A DNA stretch of 64,000 nt, taken from assembly GCA_965217775.1 (NCBI GenBank), contig CBDCJH010000002.1, forward strand, positions 3,840,001 through 3,904,000. Reading direction: 5' to 3'. Shown here piece by piece: positions 1-10,703 of this stretch. Source of the stretch: Acidobacteriota bacterium (GTDB taxonomy: Bacteria > Acidobacteriota > UBA6911 > RPQK01 > JAJDTT01). The position numbers were made by a program, and so were the translations under genes. Every line of letters starts with the position of its first letter. The first letter of the stretch is position 1. The notes under the pieces are model-generated. The model was given only the letters and a program-made list of their open reading frames with translations, searched no databases and was not told the DNA's origin.

Positions 1-296
1 GTCCGGCTGGGATCGGGCGTCTGCCGAAACGCGTCGTGAATTGACTGAATGTCAATGGCTTGAGCATCCCGTTCGGCGGTGTAGTCGACAAGGCGCCAGG
101 CACCATGTTTCCACTCCCGGGAAAGGGAGGACTGGGGCTCCGACCGGTCCAGGTCGCTCAGATAGATGGCTTCCGAAGATTCGGTTTCCAATTGTTCAGA
201 AGCCGGCGTGGACGCGGGACCGTCGTTTCCGGTCTCCGAACAGGACGCGACCAGAATAAGCGTCACGATCGGCAGGAATCTGTTCCGTAGTAGCAT
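1..296 (-). CDS. Exported lipoprotein, N-terminal part (runs off the window)
   Basis: Manually translated (absent from ORF track): ATG at 296, MLLRNRFLPIVTLILVASC-SETG lipobox, GGAG upstream, no stop before position 1. Confidence 0.7.
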   Translation of the reverse strand, partial: MLLRNRFLPIVTLILVASCSETGNDGPASTPASEQLETESSEAIYLSDLDRSEPQSSLSREWKHGAWRLVDYTAERDAQAIDIQSIHDAFRQTPDPSR

Positions 297-509
297 GGTT
301 GAAGCTCCGCGGGATGACGCCGTACGGCAGTCAATTCCACCCAGCATTCCAGAGCGAATTTGGGCGGATGTGAATCTCCCGGCCCCCTGAAGGCCAGCGA
401 GCATCTGACGAGCATCCTAACAGGGGACCGCCCTGCGCGGGAACCTTCGGAGTTCTTCCACTTTTCCGCAAGTCGAATATTGGATAATGATCCAGTTCCG
501 AGCAACGGA

Positions 510-1781
510 ATGAAGACAATGCCTAAACGACGGGATTTCATCAAAGGAGCGGCCGGCTTGGCGGCGGGTCTTCTCACCGGCGCCTGTCACACCGAAACGT
601 CCGAAAGGCGGAACCGCCAACCTGGGAGCGACGGGTCCGAAGGCGGCAACCCGGCGCGAAAGGAAAGGGCCATGATCGTCGACTCACACGCCTACGTGTT
701 TCCACCCGGGGACGAGCCTGCGGGCCACGCCAGCCCCGAAGAGCATCTCGCCTGGATCCAGGCGGCCCACGCGGGACATCATCAGCCGGCCTGGAGAGTT
801 CGGGACCGGGCCCCGGCCTCGTCCAAGCCTCTGGCGCCGGGGGGATTCAGGAACCTGTCCGAATTGCCCGACGTGAACTTTCGGGTGGATCGCGAGCGGG
901 GCCGGGTCGTCTGGACCGTCGACGGAGAGGACTACACCAAGCAATTTTACCCGCCCAACCTGAGAAACCTGGAGTTCACTCCCCACAGCCTCGTCGCCGA
1001 GATGGACTACGCCGGCGTGGACGTGACGCTCCTGCACACCGACCCCATGTTGATCCGGGAAAGCCGCTACCTGGCGGAGAGCGTGCGCCTGTATCCGGAT
1101 CGCCTGCGCTCCATGGCTCCCGTGGATGAGTGGCGGATTCCGTCGGAAACCGATGCCGTCATCCGGGAACTGGACACGGCCATCAACGAGCTCGGCCTTC
1201 ACGCCATCAAGTTCATTCCGCCACTCGGTTACCTGAGCAGTAATGAGCCCTGGGACGATGGTCCGTTCCGTCCTTTCTGGGAGGCGGCCACCTCCTGGAA
1301 AGTTCCGGTCTTCTTCACCCTGGGCACGGGACCCGGTGCGGTGACCGTCGAGGACCAGCGCCGTGGATACCTCAACGAATTGGGGATCCTGATGCGCTGG
1401 ATGGAACGCTATCCGGATACGTTGTGCAGTCTCACCCACGGGTTTCCGTGGCGCGTGTTCCTGGACGGGGACCGGATCACTCTGCCGCAGAACATCTGGC
1501 AACCTTTCCGGAACCCGAAATGCAATCTGGAGGTGAGTTTTCCGGTGCGGCTCGGCGACCTCTTCGACTATCCCTACCGGGAAGTGTGGTCCACGCTGGA
1601 GGCGATGGTGGAAAACGTGGGTCCCGGCCAGTTGCTGTGGGGTACCGACATGCCCTTCCAGAACCGCTTCTGCACCTACCGGCAGTCCCGGGACTGGGTC
1701 GAGAAATACTCCCGTTTCCTGGGTCCTGGAGATCTCTCCAGGATCATGGGCGGGACGGCGGCCCGCATCCTCGGGTTGTGA
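510..1781 (+). CDS. Tat-exported amidohydrolase_2 family protein
   Basis: KRRDFIKG twin-arginine signal, LTGAC possible lipobox, IVDSHAY and LWGTDMP amidohydrolase motifs. Confidence 0.85.
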   Translation: MKTMPKRRDFIKGAAGLAAGLLTGACHTETSERRNRQPGSDGSEGGNPARKERAMIVDSHAYVFPPGDEPAGHASPEEHLAWIQAAHAGHHQPAWRVRDRAPASSKPLAPGGFRNLSELPDVNFRVDRERGRVVWTVDGEDYTKQFYPPNLRNLEFTPHSLVAEMDYAGVDVTLLHTDPMLIRESRYLAESVRLYPDRLRSMAPVDEWRIPSETDAVIRELDTAINELGLHAIKFIPPLGYLSSNEPWDDGPFRPFWEAATSWKVPVFFTLGTGPGAVTVEDQRRGYLNELGILMRWMERYPDTLCSLTHGFPWRVFLDGDRITLPQNIWQPFRNPKCNLEVSFPVRLGDLFDYPYREVWSTLEAMVENVGPGQLLWGTDMPFQNRFCTYRQSRDWVEKYSRFLGPGDLSRIMGGTAARILGL

Positions 1782-1786
1782 GGCAA

Positions 1787-3154
1787 ATGCATTCGATGCG
1801 AAGGCGGAACAAAAGAATTCTCTACGTTGTATTCGTTTCGTTTGTGGCGGCCCTGGGCGGTTTCCTGTTTGGCTATGACTTGGTGATGATCTCGGGGGCG
1901 GTCATATTCCTTAAAGAAGAATATGGCCTCAGCGCTGCGGGATTGGGGTTTACCACGGCCAGCGCGGTCATCGGTTGTATTGTCGGACCGATAGCGGGAA
2001 GCCGCCTGTGTGACCTGCTGGGCCGCAAGCGGACACTGATCACCGCGAATATCCTGTTCGGGATCAGCGCCATCGGCACAGCGGTGCCTGAAACCATCGA
2101 TCAATTCAATTTTTTTCGCGTCATCGGCGGAATCGGGTGTGGTCTTGCCAGCGTAGCCTCCCCCATGTACCTGGCTGAGATTGCTCCCGCGCGCCTCCGG
2201 GGCCGACTGGTGATGATCTACCAACTGGCCATTGTCGTCGGGGCCTTTTCCGCCACTCTGGTGGCCTATTACCTGGCTTTTTTCGAGGCTTGGCGCTGGA
2301 TGTTCGCTTCCGAGCTGGTTCCCATCCTGGCCTTTGGAGTCCTGTTGACCCTGATACCGCGGTCACCGAGGTGGCTGGCCCAGCAAAACCGCTACCAGGA
2401 AGCTCGAAGAGTCCTGGCTCGAATCAACGGGCGGGAAAAAACGGAGGGACTGCTCCAGGAGATTCAGGAATCGCTGGCCGAGGAGACCGGCACCCTTTCC
2501 GAATTGCTGAAGCCCGGAATCCGAACCGCCTTTGCCGTAGCCGTGCTGCTGGCCGTTTTCAGTCAATGGACCGGTTGGAGTCTCGTCGCTTCCTACCTGC
2601 CTATCCTGCTTCAGAAAGCCGGATTCGAAGAAGCCAGCGACGCCATCTTCCAATATGCGATGGTGAACGGAATCAATATTGGGCTGACCCTCGTCTCCAT
2701 GGCGCTCGTGGACCGAGTCGGCCGCCGGCCTATCTGGTTGGTGACGTCGTTGGGGATGATTTTCGGGGTCACGCTGCTCGGCGCGGTCTTTCACTTCAAC
2801 CTCACCGGGTTTGTCGTGGTTGGGGCGGTGTTGATGTGCGCCTGGCCTCACGTAATTGGTCTCGGCCCGTTGCCCTGGGTCATGATGTCGGAGGTCATGC
2901 CCACGCGAGTGCGTGCTCGGGCAGTCAGCATCGCGACCATGTGCCTATGGATCGCCAACTATTCCGGTGTTCACGCCTTTCCGGTTCTCCTTGAGTTGTC
3001 GGAGGAGCGCTTCGGATCTCCAGCACCAGTTTTCTGGATCTTCACGTTGACTTGTGCCTTGGCTTTTGTCTTCGGCTGGAAATTCGTGCCCGAGACCAAG
3101 GGCAAGAGCCTGGAGAAAATCGCCCGGGACTGGCGGCATACCGGGCATCGTTGA
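1787..3154 (+). CDS. Sugar porter family MFS transporter
   Basis: GGFLFGYD, DLLGRK, YLAEIAP..RG, SPRWL, DRVGRRP and VPETKG motifs. Confidence 0.95.
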   Translation: MHSMRRRNKRILYVVFVSFVAALGGFLFGYDLVMISGAVIFLKEEYGLSAAGLGFTTASAVIGCIVGPIAGSRLCDLLGRKRTLITANILFGISAIGTAVPETIDQFNFFRVIGGIGCGLASVASPMYLAEIAPARLRGRLVMIYQLAIVVGAFSATLVAYYLAFFEAWRWMFASELVPILAFGVLLTLIPRSPRWLAQQNRYQEARRVLARINGREKTEGLLQEIQESLAEETGTLSELLKPGIRTAFAVAVLLAVFSQWTGWSLVASYLPILLQKAGFEEASDAIFQYAMVNGINIGLTLVSMALVDRVGRRPIWLVTSLGMIFGVTLLGAVFHFNLTGFVVVGAVLMCAWPHVIGLGPLPWVMMSEVMPTRVRARAVSIATMCLWIANYSGVHAFPVLLELSEERFGSPAPVFWIFTLTCALAFVFGWKFVPETKGKSLEKIARDWRHTGHR

Positions 3155-3208
3155 CAGCCTGTGGTAAAGGTCGTCACGGCATTCGACTGTCCCTGCATCC
3201 GGCGGGCT
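3155..3208 (-). mobile_element. Degenerate partial copy (one end) of the 158-bp MITE
   Basis: CAGCCTGTGGTAAAGGTCGTCACGGCATTCGACTGTCCCTGCATCC matches the element right end, directly after TTGA containing the MFS stop codon. Confidence 0.85.
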
Positions 3209-3245
3209 GTAGTGGGTAGCCGGATTTGTGACGGAGAGAGGTGCT

Positions 3246-3842
3246 ATGAAGAGCGTGGCCGAGCGGATCATGGAGTACGCCGAGGCCTCGCCCGAGGCCT
3301 CGCCGATCTGCCCGAGCGCTCTGCTTCATCTCGGCAAGCGCGGGGCGGTAAATCAGGCTCTGTCGCGCTTGCCTCGCTCCGGGCGACTCTTGCGGATCTG
3401 CCAAGGCGTCTACATGCGCCCGATCGAGACCCGGTTCGGGCGCTGTGCACCGAGCGTCGACAAGTCGCTCCAGTCGCTTTCGGAACTCTGGGGCGAGACC
3501 ATCGTTCCGAACGGAGGCGGCGCGGCCAACTGGCTTGGCCTGACGACCCAGAATCCGGTCCGCTCGGTCTATCTCACTTCCGGCCGCAGTCGGCGATTGC
3601 TCTTCGGCAAGCACCCCGTGGAGCTACGGCATGCGCCGCCCTGGCAGCTGGCGGCCCCACGTCGGATGGCGGGAGTAGTCATCCGCGCCTTGGCATGGCT
3701 TGGCCCCCATGAGGTCGAAGATGGCCTCGACGTTGTCCTGCCCAGCCTCACTCAGGAAGATCTCGACGAGCTTGCAGCCGCGCGAGCCGTCATGCCCCGG
3801 TGGATGGCGGAGCCGCTGAGCAAACGTCTCGCGCATGGGTGA
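3246..3842 (+). CDS. AbiEi-like antitoxin (DUF6088-type) of a type IV TA system
   Basis: wHTH-like N-terminus (VNQALSRL..RICQGVY), AANWLGLTTQNP, YLTSG motif; overlaps the AbiEii-like gene. Confidence 0.85.
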   Translation: MKSVAERIMEYAEASPEASPICPSALLHLGKRGAVNQALSRLPRSGRLLRICQGVYMRPIETRFGRCAPSVDKSLQSLSELWGETIVPNGGGAANWLGLTTQNPVRSVYLTSGRSRRLLFGKHPVELRHAPPWQLAAPRRMAGVVIRALAWLGPHEVEDGLDVVLPSLTQEDLDELAAARAVMPRWMAEPLSKRLAHG

Positions 3843-4566
3843 GACACAGTTTCAGCATCTCTCGGTCGAAGAGCGCCGCCTCGCCCTGCGCAAGGCCCAG
3901 GCCGAAAGCCCGCACCCGGCGTTCCTGCTCGAGAAGGACATCTGGGTTGTTGCCACCCTGAACGTCCTGTTCGAAGCTCCGTTCGGACGGCATCTGGTGT
4001 TCAACAGTCCGTGGTGAAAGTCGCGCGAGCACCGAGACCGGTCCTGCGCCCGCCGGACAAGGCACGATTCGGGAGCATACCGGGAGTATGTGAGCGAATC
4101 GCAACGCTGTCCGCCGGGATGCAGGGACGGTCGAATGCCGTGACGACTTTTGCCACGGGCTGTCAAGGACGGCACATCGCTGACCAAGGTGTGGGGGGCG
4201 ATTCGGCGGTTCTCCGAAGACATCGACATCACGTACGACATCCGCAGTTTCGCCCCGGATCTGGTCGCCGGCGTCGGCGACGAGGCGCTGCCGCCGACGC
4301 GCAGTCAGGAGAGGCGCTGGACCCGGGCGATCCGTCCCCGTCTCGCCGAATGGGTCCGTGAACGGGCGGGACCGCTGGTCGAGGAAGAACTCGCCCGCGC
4401 CGGGTTCGCGGCGCGGATACGGGCGGAGGCCGAGCGGCTCTACATTCGGTACAAGCCGCTGTTCGAGGTACGCGGCATCGTGCGGCCGGAGGTGCAAGTG
4501 GAAAGGAGAAGGAGGCTGGGAGGACAGGCCCATCTGACCCTACTCAGGGATCGAAATACCGAGTGA
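3835..4566 (+). pseudogene. AbiEii/AbiGii nucleotidyltransferase toxin, MITE-interrupted and 3'-truncated
   Basis: LEKDIWV; LVFK[insertion]DGTSLTK; IRRFSEDIDI; homology appears to end at RPEVQVE near 4500. Confidence 0.88.
4005..4162 (+). mobile_element. 158-bp MITE, full copy 1
   Basis: TIRs CAGTCCGTGGTGAAAGTC / GACTTTTGCCACGGGCTG; TCAA duplicated at 4001-4004 and 4163-4166. Confidence 0.93.
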
Positions 4567-5586
4567 GGCTGCCAGATCAACCAACTGGCACCATAGCGTA
4601 TCCGGGATCGGAATTCCCTCCCGCAGCCGGAGGACCCTGGCCTGGAGTTCGGGATCGCCGGGGATCAGAACTTCCTCGAAACCTGCGGCCGGAGGGACAG
4701 CTTTGATCCGTTTACGGAGCCGGTCGGCCCTATTCCCATAATCGGAAAACGGCTGAAACAGGTCGGCTTTGACGACCATCATGGCCGCGCCGGAATGACT
4801 GAAATAGAGACCCCCACGATTGGCCTGGGCAAATTGGGCCGATCCAGTGAAGATTCGGCCCAGCCATTCGGCCGCCACCGCCAACGCGTACCCCTTGTGC
4901 TCCCCAAAGGGCAATTGCCCCCCTCCTTCCAAGAGGTCATCCACATTGTTGGTGGGATTCCCCTCTTTATCGACGATCCAACCGTCGGGGACTTCTTGCC
5001 TGGTCCGCTGGGCGTTGACGATTTTGACTCCTGACGAGGCAGCAGTGGCGAAATCGAACAGCATTCGGGGCTCCCTCCCGGCGGGGAGACCCATGGCCAA
5101 AGGGTTGGTTCCCAGTACGGCCTCGCGACCTCCATGAGGCACCACTCTTGGCCTTTTTTCGCCGAATCCACCCCCCCAAACCATCGCAATCATTCCTTCA
5201 GCGGCAGCCGCCTCCGCGTACTCCCCCACGCGACCGATATGGTGGCTTTCCACTAAACCGACCACAGACACGTCGTGCTTTGCCGCCTTGGCAATGGCTT
5301 TCTCGATGGCGAATTTCGCCACCACCTGTCCAAAGGTCCAATTGCCCCTGACCAAGGCACTGGTGCTCGTTTCCCTCACGATCTCAGGCCGGGCTGCCGG
5401 AACCAACTCTCCCGCTTGTATGGCAGCGACGTAACCCGGCAGTTGCCAGACCCCATGCGTGTCGACGCCGCTCAGGTTGGCTGAAACCAGATGTTTCGCC
5501 ACTACGGCGGCGTTGGCCTCACCGGCTTTGACCGTCACCAGCATGTCTTTCACCAGTTGCTTCAGTTCGTCAGCGCTCTTTCTCAT
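4540..5586 (-). CDS. Ldh_2 family oxidoreductase (malate/L-lactate/ureidoglycolate dehydrogenase-like)
   Basis: GVDTHG, SHHIGR, LGTNP, DFATA and HKGY motifs. Confidence 0.92.
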   Translation of the reverse strand: MRKSADELKQLVKDMLVTVKAGEANAAVVAKHLVSANLSGVDTHGVWQLPGYVAAIQAGELVPAARPEIVRETSTSALVRGNWTFGQVVAKFAIEKAIAKAAKHDVSVVGLVESHHIGRVGEYAEAAAAEGMIAMVWGGGFGEKRPRVVPHGGREAVLGTNPLAMGLPAGREPRMLFDFATAASSGVKIVNAQRTRQEVPDGWIVDKEGNPTNNVDDLLEGGGQLPFGEHKGYALAVAAEWLGRIFTGSAQFAQANRGGLYFSHSGAAMMVVKADLFQPFSDYGNRADRLRKRIKAVPPAAGFEEVLIPGDPELQARVLRLREGIPIPDTLWCQLVDLAASLGISIPE

Positions 5587-5789
5587 TCTTTTGCGTCTCC
5601 ACGATTATCAACAGTACAATTCCGGGCAGGATCCGGCCAGCCTGAAAGCAAGTCGGAACGTGAGCAGAAAACCATTGCCGCACCAGTAGAACCCCCTGGA
5701 TTCAGGCAGGGCAAGCCGGCCTCCGGACTTCGCCTCCCATCAGGGATTGAGGCTTCGGGGCACGCTGATATTTGAGGAGAAGGACGGCC

Positions 5790-6572
5790 ATGTTGTTGCA
5801 GGATAAAGTCGCTCTGATCACCGGTGCAGCCTCGGGAATCGGACGGGCAACTGCCCAATTGTTCTCGAGCCGGGGCGCCAAAGTGGTCGTTGCCGATATC
5901 GATGGCGCCGGAGCCGCAGAGACGGTCCGGAACATCAGGAGAGGTTCCGGCGAGGCCTTCTTTATCCAGGCAGACGTGGGAAGGATGGACTCGGTGGAGG
6001 CGATGGTCGGGTCAGCTCTGGACCGGTATGGCCGCCTGGACGTCGTACACAGCAACGCCGCGGCCTATGTGCTGGGGACGGCTTCAGAGACGAGTGAGGC
6101 GGATTGGGACCGCACCCTCGATGTCTGTTTGAAAGCCACCTGGATGATTGCCCGCTGTGCCCTGCCCCCCATGGTGGCTCAGGGTGGCGGCACTTTCATT
6201 ATTACGGGATCGGTTCATTCCATCCGAGGCTACTCCCTCCATGCAGCCTATCAAGCCTCCAAGGGGGGCCTACTGGCTCTCACCCGGTCCTTGGCCGCAG
6301 ACTATGCGCCCTCAGTTCGGGTGAATGCGATTCTGCCGGGCGCGGTGGAGACCGGATTGTGGAAAGGTCTCTCCCAGGCCGATCGTTTGAAGATCAAGCA
6401 AATGTGTCCCCTGCGCCGGAATGGTCATCCGGAGGATATTGCTCAAGCCGCTTTGTTTCTGGCATCCGACATGTCAGCGTACATGACGGGCGCCTACTTG
6501 GTGGTGGACGGCGGTTTGAGTTCCATTATCGAGATGCCGGAGTGGCTGTGGTCAAGACTCAAATCCCGATGA
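5790..6572 (+). CDS. Short-chain dehydrogenase/reductase
   Basis: TGAASGIG, YQASK, VNAILPG. Confidence 0.93.
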   Translation: MLLQDKVALITGAASGIGRATAQLFSSRGAKVVVADIDGAGAAETVRNIRRGSGEAFFIQADVGRMDSVEAMVGSALDRYGRLDVVHSNAAAYVLGTASETSEADWDRTLDVCLKATWMIARCALPPMVAQGGGTFIITGSVHSIRGYSLHAAYQASKGGLLALTRSLAADYAPSVRVNAILPGAVETGLWKGLSQADRLKIKQMCPLRRNGHPEDIAQAALFLASDMSAYMTGAYLVVDGGLSSIIEMPEWLWSRLKSR

Positions 6573-6665
6573 GGACTCAGGTAAAGCCCGAAGAGCAGCA
6601 GCAACCAGCAACACCAGCGATCGGGAGATTTTGGCGGTATCGGTTCAAGCGCAGGGGCCAAGGCG

Positions 6666-7412
6666 ATGGGTAAGCTTCAGGGAAAAGTTGCTTTAGTCAC
6701 CGGAGGAGGCACCGGGATAGGAAAGGCAACCTCTCTCCTGTTTGCCCGGGAGGGAGCAGACGTCGCCGTGAACTTCTCCCGTTCCAGATCCGATGCTGAG
6801 GAAACGGTGTCTGAAATACGGCAACTCGGCTCGCAGGCAATCGCTGTCTGTGCAGATATCTCAAACGACGACGCCGTAAGATTGATGGTCGGGAAAGTCG
6901 TGAAGACGCTGGGGAGGCTGGATATTCTCGTCAACAACGCGGCGACTACAAAGTTCGTCCTCCCAAAAGATCTCGAAGGAATGACCGAAGAGCTCTGGGA
7001 CAAGATCCTCGAGGTGAACGTCAAGGGCACTTTTTTTTGTTCACGAGCAGCGATCGCTGCCATGAGAATTCATGACGGCGGGCACATAGTCAATGTGTCC
7101 TCCGATTCGGCCTTCACCGGAAGAGGAAGTTCCATTGCCTATACTGCTTCCAAAGCGGCAATTATCAATATGACTCTGGCATTGGCTATCAGCCAGGCTC
7201 CGGCGATTCGCGTTAACGCCGTGGCGCCCGGAGTCGTGGAAACTCGCTGGATCGATAAGATAAAGCCACTTGCAGACGAGGCTCGGAGGAAAAATCCTCT
7301 GCAACGGCTAGCCTACCCAAACGACATCGCCGAAGCCATTTTGAGTCTCGTGGTTAGCGATTTCATCACGGGCCACACGCTGGTAGTAAACGGCGGAGCC
7401 ACGCTCGTGTAG
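6666..7412 (+). CDS. Short-chain dehydrogenase/reductase
   Basis: TGGGTGIG, NNAA, YTASK, VNAVAPG. Confidence 0.93.
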   Translation: MGKLQGKVALVTGGGTGIGKATSLLFAREGADVAVNFSRSRSDAEETVSEIRQLGSQAIAVCADISNDDAVRLMVGKVVKTLGRLDILVNNAATTKFVLPKDLEGMTEELWDKILEVNVKGTFFCSRAAIAAMRIHDGGHIVNVSSDSAFTGRGSSIAYTASKAAIINMTLALAISQAPAIRVNAVAPGVVETRWIDKIKPLADEARRKNPLQRLAYPNDIAEAILSLVVSDFITGHTLVVNGGATLV

Positions 7413-7447
7413 CCACGGCTGGAGTGCGGTAAGGAGTTTTCCCAATT

Positions 7448-8551
7448 ATGAAATCGAAGGCGGCAATACTCTTTGAAGTGGGCCAACGGCTCGATATTCG
7501 AGAAGTTGACGTGGAAAAACCTCGGGCCGGTGAAGTTCTGGTGCGAATGGCGGTCGGCGGCATATGTCACAGTGATCTTCATGTGATGACGGGACACTTG
7601 AACGCCCCGACACCGTCGATCCTGGGTCATGAGGGCGCTGGGACTGTGGTCGAAGTCGGCTCGGGGGTGACCTCCGTCCGACCTGGCGACAACGTCATAC
7701 CCCTTTGGCGGCTCAGTTGCGGCGAATGCGAATATTGTACTTCGGCGCGACCGGCACTCTGCGCCGTGGGACTGAAGATCCGGTCTACGGGACGGCTCTT
7801 GGACGGTAGCAGCCGCTTCTCCCTCAACGGGTCCGAGATCAAGCACTTTCTGGGAGTCTCGACTTTCTCCGAATACACCGTGATTCTGGAAAAAGCGCTG
7901 GTGAAGGTTCCAGAAGACATCCCTCTCCAGCAGGCAGCCTTACTGGGCTGTGCCGTGATTACCGGAATCGGAGCGGTGATGAATGCCGCCCGAGTGAAGC
8001 CGGGCAGTCAGGTCGCGGTTTTTGGCAGTGGAGGAGTCGGCTTGAACGTGATCCAGGGAGCCGCTTTGGCGGGCGCCGAAAAGATCATCGCGGTCGACCT
8101 TTTGGACAACAAGCTCGAAATGGCGCGACAATTTGGAGCCACGCACACGGTCAATGCGTCAGCGTGCGATCCGGTCGAACAGGTCCGGTCGTTGACCGAA
8201 CAGAAAGGAGTGGACTATGCCTTCGAGGTTATCGGGCTTCCCAAGACAGTGCGACAAGCCTTTGACAGCTTGGCCAAGCGCGGTGAGACCATTGTCCTCG
8301 GAGTCACCCCTCTGGAAACCGAAGTCTCGATACCGATCATGCCCCTCATCTTTGAGGAGAAAGTTGTCAAGGGATCGGTCTATGGCTCGAGCCGGCCTCG
8401 AATCGACATCCCCAAGTTGATGAATCTCTACCGGGCCGGGAAACTCAAACTCGACGAATTGGTGACCCGCACCTACTCTTTCGATCAGATCAACGAGGCT
8501 TACGCCGCACTCGAGCGGGGCGAAGTGGCTCGAACCGTGGTTCTGATGTGA
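7448..8551 (+). CDS. Zn-dependent alcohol dehydrogenase (class III-like MDR)
   Basis: CHSD, GHEGAG, CGECEYC structural Zn site, GSGGVG. Confidence 0.95.
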   Translation: MKSKAAILFEVGQRLDIREVDVEKPRAGEVLVRMAVGGICHSDLHVMTGHLNAPTPSILGHEGAGTVVEVGSGVTSVRPGDNVIPLWRLSCGECEYCTSARPALCAVGLKIRSTGRLLDGSSRFSLNGSEIKHFLGVSTFSEYTVILEKALVKVPEDIPLQQAALLGCAVITGIGAVMNAARVKPGSQVAVFGSGGVGLNVIQGAALAGAEKIIAVDLLDNKLEMARQFGATHTVNASACDPVEQVRSLTEQKGVDYAFEVIGLPKTVRQAFDSLAKRGETIVLGVTPLETEVSIPIMPLIFEEKVVKGSVYGSSRPRIDIPKLMNLYRAGKLKLDELVTRTYSFDQINEAYAALERGEVARTVVLM

Positions 8552-8602
8552 GCTGGACTGGCGACTGTAATCCGTTGAGGGGTGGAAACAGAGGGAGACG
8601 AC

Positions 8603-10582
8603 ATGGCTGAACTCGATCGACGGGACTTTGTCAAACTGGGTGCGGCCACGGCCGCCGGCGCCGGCGCACTGGTGAGCTGTTCAAGGGGAGAGAAGGAAAG
8701 TGCGCCGCCAACAGCTTCCACCTATGAGGCCGACGTGCCGGACACGCTGGATTTGGCAGAGCGGGCCCGGCTCTCGGTCAACTCTTTGACCGGAGCAGTC
8801 GACCTCCAGCAGAACTGCGAAACCTTCCAGTGCCTGCACTTTGACACCAACCCACCTTATTTCACTCACAACACCGGAGGTCCGTGTCTGCCCAAGGCGA
8901 TTCATGTCTTGCCGCTGATGCGCAAGATGAGCGGCAGCAAGCTCCACGCCGATTATGACGGCAGGATGGTCGATGCTTTGCTTACGGATATCGACGAGAA
9001 CGGTCTCTGGTGGCTCCGTTATGCCGGAAAGCCCTCTCGGGAGGGTTTTCCCAATTACGGAGAAGATGTTTACTGGCCCTTCCCCCATGCTCGGCTCATG
9101 GTCGCTTTGATGGCCTGGCACGAGTTCGACAAAGACCCGAAGTGGCTCAAGATCGGGAGGCATCTGGCCGGGGGGCTGCAGAAGGTGGCGCAGCAGAACG
9201 ACCAACGTGCCTGGTTTACCAACAATAAGCCGACCTTCCTGGCCCGCGCGGCCATGGCGGAGGAATACGAAGATCTGGTTGCCATGGGTGAAGGGAAAAA
9301 GCCGACCGGGAAAGGCGGCTCCGGTCCGACGGTCGAGGAGCCGGACAAAATCAATTTTCAGGTCATCGGCAATCCCTTGCGCGCGCTATCCCTATGGGCT
9401 GGTGTCAGCGGAGACGAGGAGGCGCTCGAACTGGCCCGGAAAACAGCGCGCTTTATGCTCAAACCCACCATGTGGGGATCTTCCGACGGACCGACCATGA
9501 TTGCGGGGCCGGAGCACGCTCATTGGGAAGGTCACTTCCACACTCGGACCACCGGTGTGATGGGAATGGTGGACTACGCCATCATTGCCAACGATTACGT
9601 GGCCAAGCAATTCGTGCGCCATTTCTATGAATACACCCGGAATGCCGGAATCGGCCGCATTGGGTTTTTCCCCGCGGTTCTAGGTCCCCTGGAGAAGATC
9701 CAACAGAACAACCGGCGGGCCTACGGGGGATCCGCTCAAGTGTGTGAGACCTGCTCGATCGGAGACATGGTCTATATCGCCTGCCGGCTGAGCCAAGCCG
9801 GGATCGGTGATTACTGGGACGATGTCGACCAATACGTGCGAAATCACCTGGTCGAGAGTCAGTTGTTGCGTCGCGACCTGATCGAAGAAATCATTGAGAC
9901 CGCCAGCGAGCACACCCTCAACCCTGAGATCGAGTCCGGCGAGCGAGTCATCGAAAGAGGACTGGGCGGTTTTGCTTCCGTCTCCGACCCGACCATGCTG
10001 CATGCCTGGTGGACGATGTGCTGCAATGCCAACGCCCCTGTGGGGCTTTACGAAGCCTGGAATTCGATCGTCCAATACAGTCAAGGTCTGGCCCAGGTGA
10101 ATTTGCTCTTGAACCGGGCTTCGGCCTGGGTCGATATCGATAGTCACCTGCCCTACGAGGGCAAGGTGGGATTCAAAATCAAGACGGCAAAAAAGCTGAG
10201 TGTGCGCATTCCCACTTGGGCTGACAAGAGGGCGGTACAGTGCCAGGTCAATCAGAAAAGCATCTTGCCGGCATGGTCGGGCAATTATGTTTTGGTTGAT
10301 CGATTGCAGCCTGGTGATGAAGTGACCCTGACTTTTCCCATGGTGGAGACCACGGAATATCACACCGCGCCCACCTATGAGATTCAATACACCTGCCATT
10401 TCAAAGGGAATACCTTGGTTGACATTTCGCCGCGGCCGGACAAATTCGCCTGGAAACTGATGGCCTCGGACGATGGCGCCAAGATTCCTGTCAGGAGAGG
10501 GTATCCGCTCTATTTGAGGGAGTTCTATAAGGGTGCCCAAGCCCCGATGAAGAAGATTTCCCGCTATGTCCATCCGGTTTAG
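8603..10582 (+). CDS. Tat-exported lipoprotein, GH127/GH146-like (beta-L-arabinofuranosidase-like)
   Basis: DRRDFVK signal plus LVSC lipobox; ETC and CC Zn/Cys motifs (CETCS, MCCNAN); PYEG/VRIP C-terminal beta domain. Confidence 0.65.
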   Translation: MAELDRRDFVKLGAATAAGAGALVSCSRGEKESAPPTASTYEADVPDTLDLAERARLSVNSLTGAVDLQQNCETFQCLHFDTNPPYFTHNTGGPCLPKAIHVLPLMRKMSGSKLHADYDGRMVDALLTDIDENGLWWLRYAGKPSREGFPNYGEDVYWPFPHARLMVALMAWHEFDKDPKWLKIGRHLAGGLQKVAQQNDQRAWFTNNKPTFLARAAMAEEYEDLVAMGEGKKPTGKGGSGPTVEEPDKINFQVIGNPLRALSLWAGVSGDEEALELARKTARFMLKPTMWGSSDGPTMIAGPEHAHWEGHFHTRTTGVMGMVDYAIIANDYVAKQFVRHFYEYTRNAGIGRIGFFPAVLGPLEKIQQNNRRAYGGSAQVCETCSIGDMVYIACRLSQAGIGDYWDDVDQYVRNHLVESQLLRRDLIEEIIETASEHTLNPEIESGERVIERGLGGFASVSDPTMLHAWWTMCCNANAPVGLYEAWNSIVQYSQGLAQVNLLLNRASAWVDIDSHLPYEGKVGFKIKTAKKLSVRIPTWADKRAVQCQVNQKSILPAWSGNYVLVDRLQPGDEVTLTFPMVETTEYHTAPTYEIQYTCHFKGNTLVDISPRPDKFAWKLMASDDGAKIPVRRGYPLYLREFYKGAQAPMKKISRYVHPV

Positions 10583-10703
10583 GCGTGCGGACAAGAGTTT
10601 CGTCCTTGCCGGCTGCCGGCGCTGCCGAAGGATTGGGCTGGTGTGGCAACCAGGTTCCTGTATTCTCAGATGACATGGATTTTCATTTCTGGGGGATTTG
10701 GCG

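Noticed and set aside
3155-4162. Composite transposon of two MITE ends carrying abiEi
   Set aside because: The right copy has its own TCAA duplication inside the toxin gene, so it is an independent insertion; the outer flanks (TTGA/TCAA) are not direct repeats
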